A DNA stretch of 64,000 nt, from positions 71,486,001 to 71,550,000 of the forward strand of contig NC_086379.1 of NCBI RefSeq assembly GCF_036588685.1, given 5' to 3'. The stretch is from Mytilus trossulus. Taxonomy: Eukaryota. Position 1 is the first letter of the stretch. Every line of letters starts with the position of its first letter. This document shows positions 40,601 to 50,186 of the stretch, one piece after another. The notes under the pieces were generated by a model. The model did no database searches. It saw only the letters and a program-made list of their open reading frames with translations, and was not told the origin of the DNA. The position numbers and the translations under genes were made by a program.

Positions 40601-41096
40601 AGACAATTTGATTATTGATACAAATTTATTATTATTTGTAAAAACAAGGATATATGATCAAGCAAAACAGACTTTGAATGATCAACTGAACGTTTCATCT
40701 AAGTGTTATTTATATAAATATATTGTCAATAATGTATGTTTACAGAATTATCTAACTAAACATATGAATTTTAGAGTGTATTTAACTCGCCTTAGATTGT
40801 CATCTCATAATTTGTTTGTTGAAGTAGGCCGTTATCATGGAGTAAATAGGTTTGATAGAAAATGTACTCTTTGTAATTTGAATATCACTGAAGATGAATT
40901 CCATTTTGTTTTACAATGTGAAAGCTATAGAGACTTAAGGAGACAGTTTATTAAACCTTATTATTATAGACGTCCATCGTCGTTCAAATTAGTGCAACTT
41001 CTCAGCACTGAAAATGTAAAAGATTTGCGTAATTTGTGTAAATTCTTGTTTAATGCACATAATCATAGGACCAAACTGTTATTGGTCAATACTTGA
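37677..41096 (+). pseudogene. LINE ORF2 (AP endonuclease plus RT) with one in-frame nonsense codon at 39654-39656
   Basis: EN motifs WNING, LSECW, GDMNAR, SVVDY, SDHAP. RT motifs YRGISL, QFGFR, FVDYKQAFD, GLMQGEVLSP, YADD. C-terminal CTLC...EDEFHFVLQC. The two track ORFs are in the same frame (LWL*LSRVG). Confidence 0.92.
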
Positions 41097-42477
41097 TATT
41101 TATTTGCTTCTCTGATGTATTATGTTATGTTGTGTTATAGAAATGTATTTGTATTTATTGCACTGATAAGCATAATGTGCTTAAAGTAATAAAGAATTGA
41201 ATTGAATTGAATATTTGAATGCGTTTAAAGAATTCGCTTTGCCGAATACTCCTGTGTGAAAACGACCAAGCAGAGGCATTGACAAATGTCTACCGCCACG
41301 AAGAAACAGTCAGTATTCCTCGAAAATCTCTAATTTAGGAAAAAAGAACAGTAGTAAGTATCAACTATAAAATACTTTGCCAAAGAAATCTTTCATCTTC
41401 TAACAGCGGAAATCATGAATAAAAAGGTATAACGAACGATAAAACAATAGTTGATACCAAGTGGGCAATCAAATTGCACAAGTAGAAAAAAAGAGAGAAC
41501 AGACAATATAATGGCCGAACCAAAAACCAGCAAAAAGAAAAAAAGCAATAACAAAACTCTTCACAGTAAACAAAAAATAATAACTAAAAAACAAACCCAA
41601 CAAAATCATTCGGATTCCAGAAATTGATAAACAAATAATCGCATCGATCATACAATAGTTTCCGTTTTCAAATTAGTAGTTAGATATTTTAATTACAAAA
41701 TGTATTGTGAAAATGTTAGAGCAATGACCGAATACGTTTGTTTACATCACTTGTGGACATTTTAATGAGATGGAAAGGTCTTTGTTTTTTTTGTTTTGTT
41801 TTGATGACTTTAATCGACCTTCGATATTTTCTATTTTTTATCTAGATAATGAATGAATAGTTGATTTGGTTTTTTTTTCCATTAAACTGAGGCCTGACGA
41901 TATTTCTTTTATTATCCTCCTTTTGACAGATATGATATTATGTTTATTGATTTCATATCATACCACATATGACATCGTTCATCAGCTGCATACTAATATA
42001 AACTTGTGGATTCAAGACATGATTCTCGGAGTAATCTCAAGATATGTTTTAAGCCAGTGAAGTCACTTCTAATCACACATAATCATGTAAAATATCACTG
42101 CGGTTGATTGATTTCATGAAGTGATATATAAATATTCCATGATTATTATAACAATAATTCAGGGCAAAGAACCGAAAGTGTATAAATAGGTCAATAAAGG
42201 TCCTATTCTACTTGATAGTACTCTCAGATATATTATTACTATTTACAAACGCTAAGGTATTGCTAATATAATTCGTAAATACTATTTTGGACAACGCAGA
42301 GCAAAGAAATTACAATATTTTTTGAAATACTAAGGAAGAGACGCTTGTATGCGTGACTTTTGGGAGTCAGCTAATATTTAAGGTCATCCATGTATCAAGC
42401 ATGTGAAAAAAAAAGTCTATTATAGTTGGTAAAAATCCTTCTAAAGTGGAAAAAAATACTTATTGTTTTTTCATTTA

Positions 42478-42822
42478 TATAGTAATCTAAGGTAACAGGA
42501 TGATAATTTTGTACGCCAGACGCGCGTTTCGTCCACATAAGACTAATCAGTGACGCTCATATCAAAATATTTATAAAGCCAAACAAGTACGAAATTGAAG
42601 AGCATAAAAAGTGTTTCCAAATACGGCAAAGGAAATATGTTCCTCTGATGAATAAATCCTTAGTTCTTTGAAAATTCGAAGTTTTGTAAACAGGAAATTT
42701 ACAAAAATGACCACATAATTGATATTCATGTCAACACCGAAGTGCTGACTTCTGGGCTGGTGCTACCCTCGGGGACTAAACGTCCAACAGCAGTGGCATC
42801 GACCCAGTGGTGTCAATAGTTA
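42478..42822 (-). mobile_element. Retrozyme-like monomer with core-mutated hammerhead (42513-42556)
   Basis: Homologous to 29577-29940 and 1335-1583. The core reads CTGATTA instead of CTGATGA. Confidence 0.75.
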
Positions 42823-44153
42823 GGCTGTAATTTAGCTATTATCTCGATATCTGGCATTTTTGTGGACAGAACATGGAAAAGAAAATCATTTTAATTCAGA
42901 ATGGATTAGTCAATGAGATTTGTATATGATTATCACCAAGGAAGTTATAATGAACCACTTAACCAATCATGAAGATCAATTGAAGTAGTACACCAGTGGT
43001 TTATAAAATAACTTGATAACACAAGGTTGCAGTACTGATTGCAATAAATGTTTGAGTAGCTTAAACCGTTTCCAATACAACCACTGAACTGCTAATGATA
43101 AAGAATTGTTTGCTAACTTAGTTGTATATAGTCTCGTTCGGAAACACTTCACGTGTCATAAAATTGCCTTGTTTTGGTATATTTAACCCAATTATCACTC
43201 ATTTGCTGGAAAGGAACATAATTTTTGGCCATTTAAGCACGTAAAAGTGAATTATAAAAATTACTTATTTTCCCCAATTGCAATATTGACTGTTATAGAA
43301 TCATTACATTAAAGATAAAAGTAAACATTATTACAACGTAGTAGTGGTATGCCGTAAGTACTTCACGGACGTTCTTAAGAATGAAATTTTAAATTCATCT
43401 ACATTCAAGTCCATGCGCTCCAAAGAGAGTTATATAGTAAACAAACATATCATTATCACATCAAAGCTTGAGACTTCTTCTGAACATTTGAAGGTCCCTT
43501 CTATATATTGGTAACCTACACTACACAAAAAAACATTTTAATTCCGATTCATCTCGGCCTCTAGTAAGTATTCTTCAATTAAAATTTTAGTGCTTTTAAC
43601 AAGTTCCTTAACTACTATTATAGAGCTTATCATAAACTATTGTAATAAAATATATGAACATAGTGCAAAAATTACAAAAATCGGAAATAAGTATAATTTT
43701 TGGGGTCATTAATGCAGATGCATCCTATACCCAAATTTTAGATACGGTGCTTATAATCACGAAATGGGTTATCTGGAAAACTAGAAATATCGCAAAATAT
43801 CAAAAGAAAGGGATAAGTAAAGCGATGATTTTAAATATGATAAAACATGAAATGCAGTTATTGCAAAAATATCTTAAAACGAATACGAAGATAGAAGCCT
43901 TTTCCACTATGTGTGACATTTTTTGTATATAAATATATATTTTGCGTGGTCAGGTCAGTGCAATCACCTCTTTGATACTGATTGAACAATAATATGTACA
44001 CTGCTCTCAACTCCCTACATGTAATTATTTCTGTTGTGTATGTATTCATGTATATCATCTAATTGTAACAAGACATGATGTATCATATTATAAACAAATA
44101 TTTACTCACCATATCTTTGAAATTAATCCTTATTGGGAATCAAAATCATTAAT

Positions 44154-44328
44154 TATTCAAATTTTAAAGTAAATTTGGATTTTATTAGATAAATACTTAC
44201 CATCATAAATTCTGAGTGTAACCCCAATTGCGTCATAGGTCAGATGGAAAATCCCAACTAAAAATTAACGTATTCTCACTGGTCCGGACATATACCCCTG
44301 TTTGCCCATATTCTTCCATTCAATTTCC
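44154..44328. repeat. DIRS 3' inverted terminal repeat with unique 3' extension (44154-44196)
   Basis: Reverse complement of 49567-49698 over 44197-44328. The extension is complementary to the first half of the ICR. Confidence 0.93.
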
Positions 44329-44381
44329 TCAAGACAGAAAACATAAGGAAAGGGGATGAAGGGGAGGTGGGTGGGACCTAT

Positions 44382-44479
44382 AATTTATGATGGTAAGTAT
44401 TTATCTAATAAAATCCAAATTTACTTTAAAATTTGAATATTTTATAGCTATAAATACGTTACCATTATAAATTCTGAGT
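44382..44479. repeat. DIRS internal complementary region (ICR)
   Basis: The + strand reads ...CTTTAAAATTTGAATA|TTTTATAGCTATAAATACG..., the element's 3' end joined to its 5' end. Confidence 0.92.
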
Positions 44480-44487
44480 AACAGAAT

Positions 44488-47415
44488 CTAACGTAAAGCT
44501 GAATCCCCTGTAACAGAAGAAACAGGAGGAAAGTTCAATCTTTGTGCTGAAACTATAGGTCCAAGAGAGTATAAACTCTCGGAAAAAGTAGCCATATATT
44601 GGAGGTAGTGAGATATAAAAGAGTTCTCATTTCTCCAGAAACCTGCAGACAGTACCTCTTCTAAAGATGCACTGTTAAACAGAGCCCAGGATGTAGAGAT
44701 ACCCCTAACATCATGAGCTTTAACATTAAAACTATTTAAAAGTTCTGCCTTAGAAGAACCATAAGCTAAAGATATGCATTTGCATATCCAAGTAGAAATA
44801 GTTTTAACAGAAAGATCTGAGATTCCTTTTTTAATAGGAATAAAGAGTCTTGAGTTAGAAACAGAACGAAAACTACACGTTCTTTCCAGATAAATAGAAA
44901 GGATTCTTACTGGACATAAAAGTACAGAAATAGAATCGCTAGGGAGTGCAGGAATCACAACTGGTTCTGCACCCTTATCTGGAATCTGATTCTTTGCCAA
45001 AAAAGCAGGATCCGTTAAAAGAGTAACAGAAGATTTATCCCTGTTAAATCGAAGGCAAGCATCAGAAATAGAGAAGGCATGGATTTCACTCCTTCTCCGT
45101 CCAGAAGCCAAAGCTAAAAGAAAACAGCATTTATAGGAAAGAAACCTTAAATCTATTGTTTCTGCTGGTTCAAAAGGAGGAAGTTTTAAAAAGGATAAAA
45201 CTAGTCCAAGGTCCCACTTAGGAACTAAAGTTTTTTGTCTTGGTCTTTCAAGACTAAAACTACGAACCAAAAGAGAAATATGTTCATTGATTCCAAAATC
45301 TGGGCCACCAGAAATATGAATAGTTCTTGAGATAGCTGATCTGTATCCCTTAATAGTAGAGGGACATAATCCTTTGGATTCAAAAAGAAAAACTAGAAAG
45401 TCTGCTAATTGTTGTACAGTGACTTGGAAAGGATCAATTTCCCGCTCACTACACCAATCTGAGAAGATTGACCATTTTGCATCGTAGACAATGCTAGTGG
45501 AGTCTCTGACAGACTTTGTGAGATGCTTGGTTGCTCCTTCAGAAAAACCTCTCTTTCTGAGGCTAACCCTGAGAGAAGCCAGGCGTGTAGATGAAGTTTT
45601 TCTGGATTTTGATAAAGAACCTTGCCCTTGATTTGAGACAGAAGGTCTGGTCTCAGAGGTAGAACTAGAGGACAAGCACATGATAGGCGCAGAAGGTCTG
45701 GAAACCAAGACTGTTTTGGCCATGCTGGAGCAATAACTATGATCTTGCAATTTTCCCCTGCTATTTTCTGAAGTACTGGGGAGAGAAACCTGAAAGGAGG
45801 GAAGGCGTACCCGAACATTCCTTTCCAAGATAGGCTCATTGCGTCTACTGCAAAAGATTTTGGATCTGGAACCGGAGACACAAATGTTAGAAATTTGTGA
45901 TTGAGTCTGGTCGCAAACAGATCTATCTGAGGTGACCCCCAATGAAGAGTCACAGCTTTGAAAACTACTTGAAGTAGTTCCCACTCCGTGTTTACTGGAG
46001 CAAGAGATCTGGATAGAGTGTCGGCTAGAATATTGAGGTGCCCCGCAATATGTCTCACCACTAGATGAACCTGGAGTTGAAAACACAGAAGGAGAATGTC
46101 TCTGGCTATCTGATAAAGAGAAGGTGAATGAGTTCCTCCCTGATTCTTGAGATAAGCTACAACTGTTGTGTTGTCCGTGGCCAGAATGACAGACTGATTC
46201 TTTAGAGACATTTGGAAATGATTCAGTGCAAACAGAACTGCTTTCATTTCCAATACATTGATATGCTCCTCCAAAAGATCTGGACTCCAGACTCCCGAGA
46301 TTGTAAGCCCCTCCAGATATGCTCCCCAACCGAGGGTGGAGGCATCTGTGAATAATGTTAGACTGGGAACTTGAGGGGACAGACATAGGCCCCTCATTAC
46401 ATTTTCCCGTACTAACCACCATTGAAGGTGTGGAAATAAAGGCTGAGTGATTGGAATCAATGCTTCCCATTCTTGTGAAGCTGCAATCCATAACTTGTGC
46501 AGATAAAACTGAAGCGGACGAATGTGAAGTCGTCCCAATGGAATTACATCTGCCAGAGAGTTCAATAGACCCAGAAGTTGCAAGAATTGACGTGCTGTGA
46601 CTGATTGAACCGTCAGGAATAAATGTATTTTCTGACATAGTTTTGTAAATTTCTCCTCTGGTGGGAGGACTAGGCCTACACTGGTTAGGAAATGTTCTCC
46701 CAGGAAAACAAAGTCTTGAGACGGAATTATCTCTGACTTTTTCCAAGAGATAAGGAAGCCTAGGGACAGAAAACAATTGATGACCAAATCTGTCTGAACC
46801 CTCAATTTGATTGGGCAAAATTCCTTGAGAAGGGAATCGTCCAGATAGGAATGAATCTGAATAGACAGGGAATGTAGGTGAGCTATAGTTGCCTGCATGA
46901 TTTTGGTAAAAGCCAAAGGGGCTGTAGACAGGCCAAAAGGGAGAGCCTTGAACTGGAAAACTTTGTTGTTCCAAACGAAGCGAAGGTATTTCCTGTAAGT
47001 TTGGGAAATGGGAATGTGGAAATAGGCGTCTGAAAGATCCAGAGAAGTAGTCCACATTCCTATAAGGATTGAAGCCCTGATGGATCTGTTTGTTTCCATT
47101 TTGAAGTAGGGAACAATAAGAAATTTGTTCAGAATAGATAGGTCTATGACTGGCCTCATTCCTCCAGTCTTCTTTGGAACCAGAAAAAGACGGGAATAAA
47201 ATCCCGGAGACAGAGTTAAGATGGACACCTCCTCTATTGCAGCTTTTTGTAACATAGTGTCCACTTCTACTGATAGAAGTTGACACTTGACTGGGTCTTG
47301 TGTATGAGACAAACTTATTGGAACTGCAGAAAGAGGAGGTGGGTTCTTGAACTGAAGTGTTAATCCCCCTCGAATTATTGACAGCACATAACAGTCTGAG
47401 GTAATTTTCTTCCAC
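44488..47415 (-). CDS. DIRS tyrosine recombinase ORF (long N-terminal part overlaps pol in another frame)
   Basis: Core-binding region (STIKGYRSAIS) followed by R-H-R-(W)-Y catalytic residues in LALASGRRRSEI, KAHDVRGISTSWA and GFWRNENSFISHY. The recognisable YR is the last ~370 aa. Confidence 0.93.
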   Translation of the reverse strand: MEENYLRLLCAVNNSRGINTSVQEPTSSFCSSNKFVSYTRPSQVSTSISRSGHYVTKSCNRGGVHLNSVSGILFPSFSGSKEDWRNEASHRPIYSEQISYCSLLQNGNKQIHQGFNPYRNVDYFSGSFRRLFPHSHFPNLQEIPSLRLEQQSFPVQGSPFWPVYSPFGFYQNHAGNYSSPTFPVYSDSFLSGRFPSQGILPNQIEGSDRFGHQLFSVPRLPYLLEKVRDNSVSRLCFPGRTFPNQCRPSPPTRGEIYKTMSENTFIPDGSISHSTSILATSGSIELSGRCNSIGTTSHSSASVLSAQVMDCSFTRMGSIDSNHSAFISTPSMVVSTGKCNEGPMSVPSSSQSNIIHRCLHPRLGSISGGAYNLGSLESRSFGGAYQCIGNESSSVCTESFPNVSKESVCHSGHGQHNSCSLSQESGRNSFTFSLSDSQRHSPSVFSTPGSSSGETYCGAPQYSSRHSIQISCSSKHGVGTTSSSFQSCDSSLGVTSDRSVCDQTQSQISNICVSGSRSKIFCSRRNEPILERNVRVRLPSFQVSLPSTSENSRGKLQDHSYCSSMAKTVLVSRPSAPIMCLSSSSTSETRPSVSNQGQGSLSKSRKTSSTRLASLRVSLRKRGFSEGATKHLTKSVRDSTSIVYDAKWSIFSDWCSEREIDPFQVTVQQLADFLVFLFESKGLCPSTIKGYRSAISRTIHISGGPDFGINEHISLLVRSFSLERPRQKTLVPKWDLGLVLSFLKLPPFEPAETIDLRFLSYKCCFLLALASGRRRSEIHAFSISDACLRFNRDKSSVTLLTDPAFLAKNQIPDKGAEPVVIPALPSDSISVLLCPVRILSIYLERTCSFRSVSNSRLFIPIKKGISDLSVKTISTWICKCISLAYGSSKAELLNSFNVKAHDVRGISTSWALFNSASLEEVLSAGFWRNENSFISHYLQYMATFSESLYSLGPIVSAQRLNFPPVSSVTGDSALR

Positions 47416-47792
47416 TGATTTAGGAAAAAACTTAACCTCCCCCCTACTGGTATTGATTTTTGAGGAACTTGTTGTAAATTTTCCCCTGGGGAAGCTGTCA
47501 ATAACGTACGAGGGGGCAAGAACTTAGGTACTAGACCCAGGTTTCTTGGAACCCTTAAAACCACCAGAAGGCTTACCTGAGCTTTTTCCTGAGTTATTGG
47601 GTTTGTTCTGCGGTTTGCCGTAGTTATTCTTCCTTTTCTTAGCAGAAGAAGGAGGACCACCTGAAGCAGAAGTACTATTAGAACTAGATGTAGTATTAAC
47701 CGACCTCTTGCCATTAGTAACTTGTACACTAACTTTGACTGGAGGAGGGTTTTTGCTGAGTTCCTCTTGAACCCGCTGTAAGGGTAAACCAA
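45405..47792 (-). CDS. DIRS pol: reverse transcriptase, RNase H and C-terminal N6-adenine-methyltransferase-like domain
   Basis: RT motifs FYSRLFLVPKKTGGMRPVIDL, DLSDAYFHIPI, LPFGLSTAP, YLDD. RNase H motifs FTDASTLGWGA, HINVLEMKAV, TDNTT, NILADTLSR. MT-like motifs IDLFAT...YAFPPF...APAWPKQSWF. True start codon uncertain. Confidence 0.95.
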   Translation of the reverse strand: MVYPYSGFKRNSAKTLLQSKLVYKLLMARGRLILHLVLIVLLLQVVLLLLLRKGRITTANRRTNPITQEKAQVSLLVVLRVPRNLGLVPKFLPPRTLLTASPGENLQQVPQKSIPVGGRLSFFLNQWKKITSDCYVLSIIRGGLTLQFKNPPPLSAVPISLSHTQDPVKCQLLSVEVDTMLQKAAIEEVSILTLSPGFYSRLFLVPKKTGGMRPVIDLSILNKFLIVPYFKMETNRSIRASILIGMWTTSLDLSDAYFHIPISQTYRKYLRFVWNNKVFQFKALPFGLSTAPLAFTKIMQATIAHLHSLSIQIHSYLDDSLLKEFCPIKLRVQTDLVINCFLSLGFLISWKKSEIIPSQDFVFLGEHFLTSVGLVLPPEEKFTKLCQKIHLFLTVQSVTARQFLQLLGLLNSLADVIPLGRLHIRPLQFYLHKLWIAASQEWEALIPITQPLFPHLQWWLVRENVMRGLCLSPQVPSLTLFTDASTLGWGAYLEGLTISGVWSPDLLEEHINVLEMKAVLFALNHFQMSLKNQSVILATDNTTVVAYLKNQGGTHSPSLYQIARDILLLCFQLQVHLVVRHIAGHLNILADTLSRSLAPVNTEWELLQVVFKAVTLHWGSPQIDLFATRLNHKFLTFVSPVPDPKSFAVDAMSLSWKGMFGYAFPPFRFLSPVLQKIAGENCKIIVIAPAWPKQSWFPDLLRLSCACPLVLPLRPDLLSQIKGKVLYQNPEKLHLHAWLLSGLASEREVFLKEQPSISQSLSETPLALSTMQNGQSSQIGVVSGKLILSKSLYNN

Positions 47793-49290
47793 ACATCTTG
47801 TCAGAGAGTGGAGATTTCAGTAAAGAATCTTTCAAAGGCTCAGCGATAGAAATGTTTTCAAGAAACTCTGCTCTTTTAGATAGGGTGCAATTAGCAATAG
47901 AACCCATTAAAAGCAACTGAGATGAACCTAAAGCTTTATCCAGTTGAAGTAAGAAGGATCGTACTTCTGCTGGAACAACCGAATCTTCGCTGTTCAGCAA
48001 ATGTCCGGTTGCAGCTAGAAAATGTTCGGCTGTGCCAAGAACTTGAAAAGCACTACGAAGGAGATTCTCAGTCTTTGACCAAACAGGTTGAGTGAGACGA
48101 AGACCATCTACTGGCTTTTTTCCCAATAAAGATAACATAGATTTGTCACAACTGGGAACAAGTCTACCCAGTGAAGAATCAAAGATATCAAAATCCTTGT
48201 ACTTAACCTGATCAGAAAAGGATGACATTCCAAATCCTGAGATATTGTTATTAGCAACCTTTTCACTAGCAGAATTAGCGATACCTTCATTAATAAATTG
48301 TAAAGCAAAAGCCGTATGGCCAGATTCAGGAAAAGAATTGTGAGAAGTCACAGTATCCTGAGAAATACCACAGGAAACTTCAAAAGTTGAAGAAGGTTTC
48401 TTCGGCTTGGAAGAAGAGGCAAAAGGGATATGTGCTTCATCCCTCATCAAGGTATACACCTTATCCCTAAGATCCTTCAAGGAAGGAGGATCCTCAGTCT
48501 CCTTGGTAGGAGGTTGTTGAGCTGACTTAGAAGAAGGCTCAGGGGCCGTCTTCGATACCTTGGGAGAAGAAGAACTTTCAACATCCTCATCAGTGAGGAA
48601 AGCCCTTTCATGATTCCCAGGGGAAACAGAAAGCTCGTCATCCTCCCTCTCATCACATTCTACAGACTTAGCTGGAGAAGGTTGATGAGAAGAAACTCTA
48701 TTTTCCAGTAGAGTCATACGACTGGATAGAGTATGGAATTCTGCCTTGAAAGACTCACCAAAGTCTAAAAGTAACTTCTGTAAACCATCCAAAGGTGATG
48801 CATGATCAGAAACCTGAGTACCGTGTGAAGAACTAGAAGCTTTAGAGTCAGGTACGGTGGTAGAAGGAGCTACTGCAGAAGTAAAAGATACTGCTACGGG
48901 TAGAGCAGGAGCTAAAGGTGGTGCAGTAGCTACCCAAGAAGGGGGACCATAGAAATTGTCCCTATAAGGCCAAAAACCAGGTTGGTTTGGCATAAACCCA
49001 CCATAAGGGTAAGACTGTGGCCAAGGTGGCTGAGACCATGAGGGTAAAGGTTGTGTGCCCGTGTTGGGAAGCATATACCCACAATAGGATAATGGGGGTC
49101 TAGAACCTGGCAAGTTCAAGCCCATAGCTGTACCTGGGACAGAACTAATAGTACCCGCTGAATTAACAGACCTAGATAAAGTATGAGTCACCGAAGTTGA
49201 CGTAGGTACCCCCCCAAAATGCATGGCCGAACCTTGTGAAAGGGTCGGATAGGTAGCATTACCAGACACCGTTGTCGAAACTCCGGTCAA
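47524..49290 (-). CDS. DIRS gag-like ORF1 (S/P/T-rich N-terminus, coiled-coil, basic C-terminus)
   Basis: 588-codon ORF, first in the element and overlapping pol. The called start is TTG. An upstream ATG at 49388 would be in frame with one extra base in the G6 run at 49305-49310. Confidence 0.8.
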   Translation of the reverse strand: MTGVSTTVSGNATYPTLSQGSAMHFGGVPTSTSVTHTLSRSVNSAGTISSVPGTAMGLNLPGSRPPLSYCGYMLPNTGTQPLPSWSQPPWPQSYPYGGFMPNQPGFWPYRDNFYGPPSWVATAPPLAPALPVAVSFTSAVAPSTTVPDSKASSSSHGTQVSDHASPLDGLQKLLLDFGESFKAEFHTLSSRMTLLENRVSSHQPSPAKSVECDEREDDELSVSPGNHERAFLTDEDVESSSSPKVSKTAPEPSSKSAQQPPTKETEDPPSLKDLRDKVYTLMRDEAHIPFASSSKPKKPSSTFEVSCGISQDTVTSHNSFPESGHTAFALQFINEGIANSASEKVANNNISGFGMSSFSDQVKYKDFDIFDSSLGRLVPSCDKSMLSLLGKKPVDGLRLTQPVWSKTENLLRSAFQVLGTAEHFLAATGHLLNSEDSVVPAEVRSFLLQLDKALGSSQLLLMGSIANCTLSKRAEFLENISIAEPLKDSLLKSPLSDKMFGLPLQRVQEELSKNPPPVKVSVQVTNGKRSVNTTSSSNSTSASGGPPSSAKKRKNNYGKPQNKPNNSGKSSGKPSGGFKGSKKPGSST

Positions 49291-49566
49291 TGTACTGGTA
49301 GTTTGGGGGGACTTAAAGGTAGTGACCCATCTAAGAGATAGTCCGAACCAGGAATACTTACATACGGACTATTCAAATTAAAGTCCATAATAAATTTTAC
49401 TTTAGTCAAAAAAACACAAATAATTTGTTTAGAAATTTAAACAAAACAAGGGAATATATTTCCAATAAAATACACAATATATATGAAAAGCAATTAAGCT
49501 ATTCAAAAAACTAAACACTTCTCTGTTGAATCTGTTTGATGTGCACGTGTGACCGATGTCGCAGAT

Positions 49567-49717
49567 GGAAATTGAATGGAAGAATATGGGCAAACAGGGG
49601 TATATGTCCGGACCAGTGAGAATACGTTTATTTTTAGTTGGGATTTTCCATCTGACCTATGACGCAATTGGGGTTACACTCAGAATTTATGATGGTAACG
49701 TATTTATAGCTATAAAA
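49567..49717. repeat. DIRS 5' inverted terminal repeat
   Basis: Core is the reverse complement of 44197-44328. The terminal ~40 nt are complementary to 44440-44479. Confidence 0.93.
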
Positions 49718-50149
49718 CCATTTTATTTATGAATGAACTACACATGTATCCCTTTAACAAATCGCACGTGGTAAATGATCACTCGACCAGAAATTTAATG
49801 TAATTGAAATTAACATAACAAAAGACGCGATGTACGATAAAATTGAAACTGCTTAATAAATACAGGTAGCCTTTGTGAGAAATAAATAATGATAATAACA
49901 TACGTTATTCAAATAATTATATATGGTGAGAGGTATAGATATATAGATCGATAAGGACTACATGTACAGGTACATTTGTACAAGGATAGATAATACTTAT
50001 AAAGGTGAATGTTAATAATTTATAGTGGGAGTTTTTTTTCTCATTTGCTTTTTCCCCGACAAATGAGTCTGTAAAAATGGGGCCCCCTTAGTTGTTCCCT
50101 GGGTAACTGAGGGTTGATGTAACAGGTGATTATTAATAAAATATGTTAA

Positions 50150-50186
<37 letters not shown>

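Larger units (their letters stand above)
36927..41211 (+). mobile_element. Near full-length APE-type non-LTR retrotransposon (RTE-X-like or CR1/L2 group; clade uncertain)
   Basis: ORF1 plus EN/RT ORF2 plus a CCHC-like C-terminus. Short 3' UTR with AATAAA (41188) and a (GAATT)n tail. ORF1 is probably 5'-truncated. Confidence 0.93.
44154..49717 (-). mobile_element. DIRS1-like tyrosine-recombinase retrotransposon, apparently full length
   Basis: Inverted terminal repeats share a 132-bp core (44197-44328 vs 49567-49698, one mismatch seen). An internal complementary region (44382-44479) matches both termini. Three overlapping minus-strand ORFs encode gag-like, RT/RNase H/methyltransferase-like and YR proteins. 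Confidence 0.96.
43669..50183 (+). mobile_element. 5'-truncated L1/Tx1-like LINE (~950 bp own sequence), interrupted by the DIRS element
   Basis: ORF2 C-terminal remnant (IIFG...LIITKWVIWKTRN, stop at 43932), AATAAA at ~50135, poly(A) 50155-50183, and TSD AACATAGTGCAA at 43657-43668 and 50184-50195. Confidence 0.85.

Noticed and set aside
36915-41222. TSD for the LINE (TATTTTAATG vs TATTTGAATG)
   Set aside because: Short, AT-rich and mismatched. Plausible but not supportable alone.
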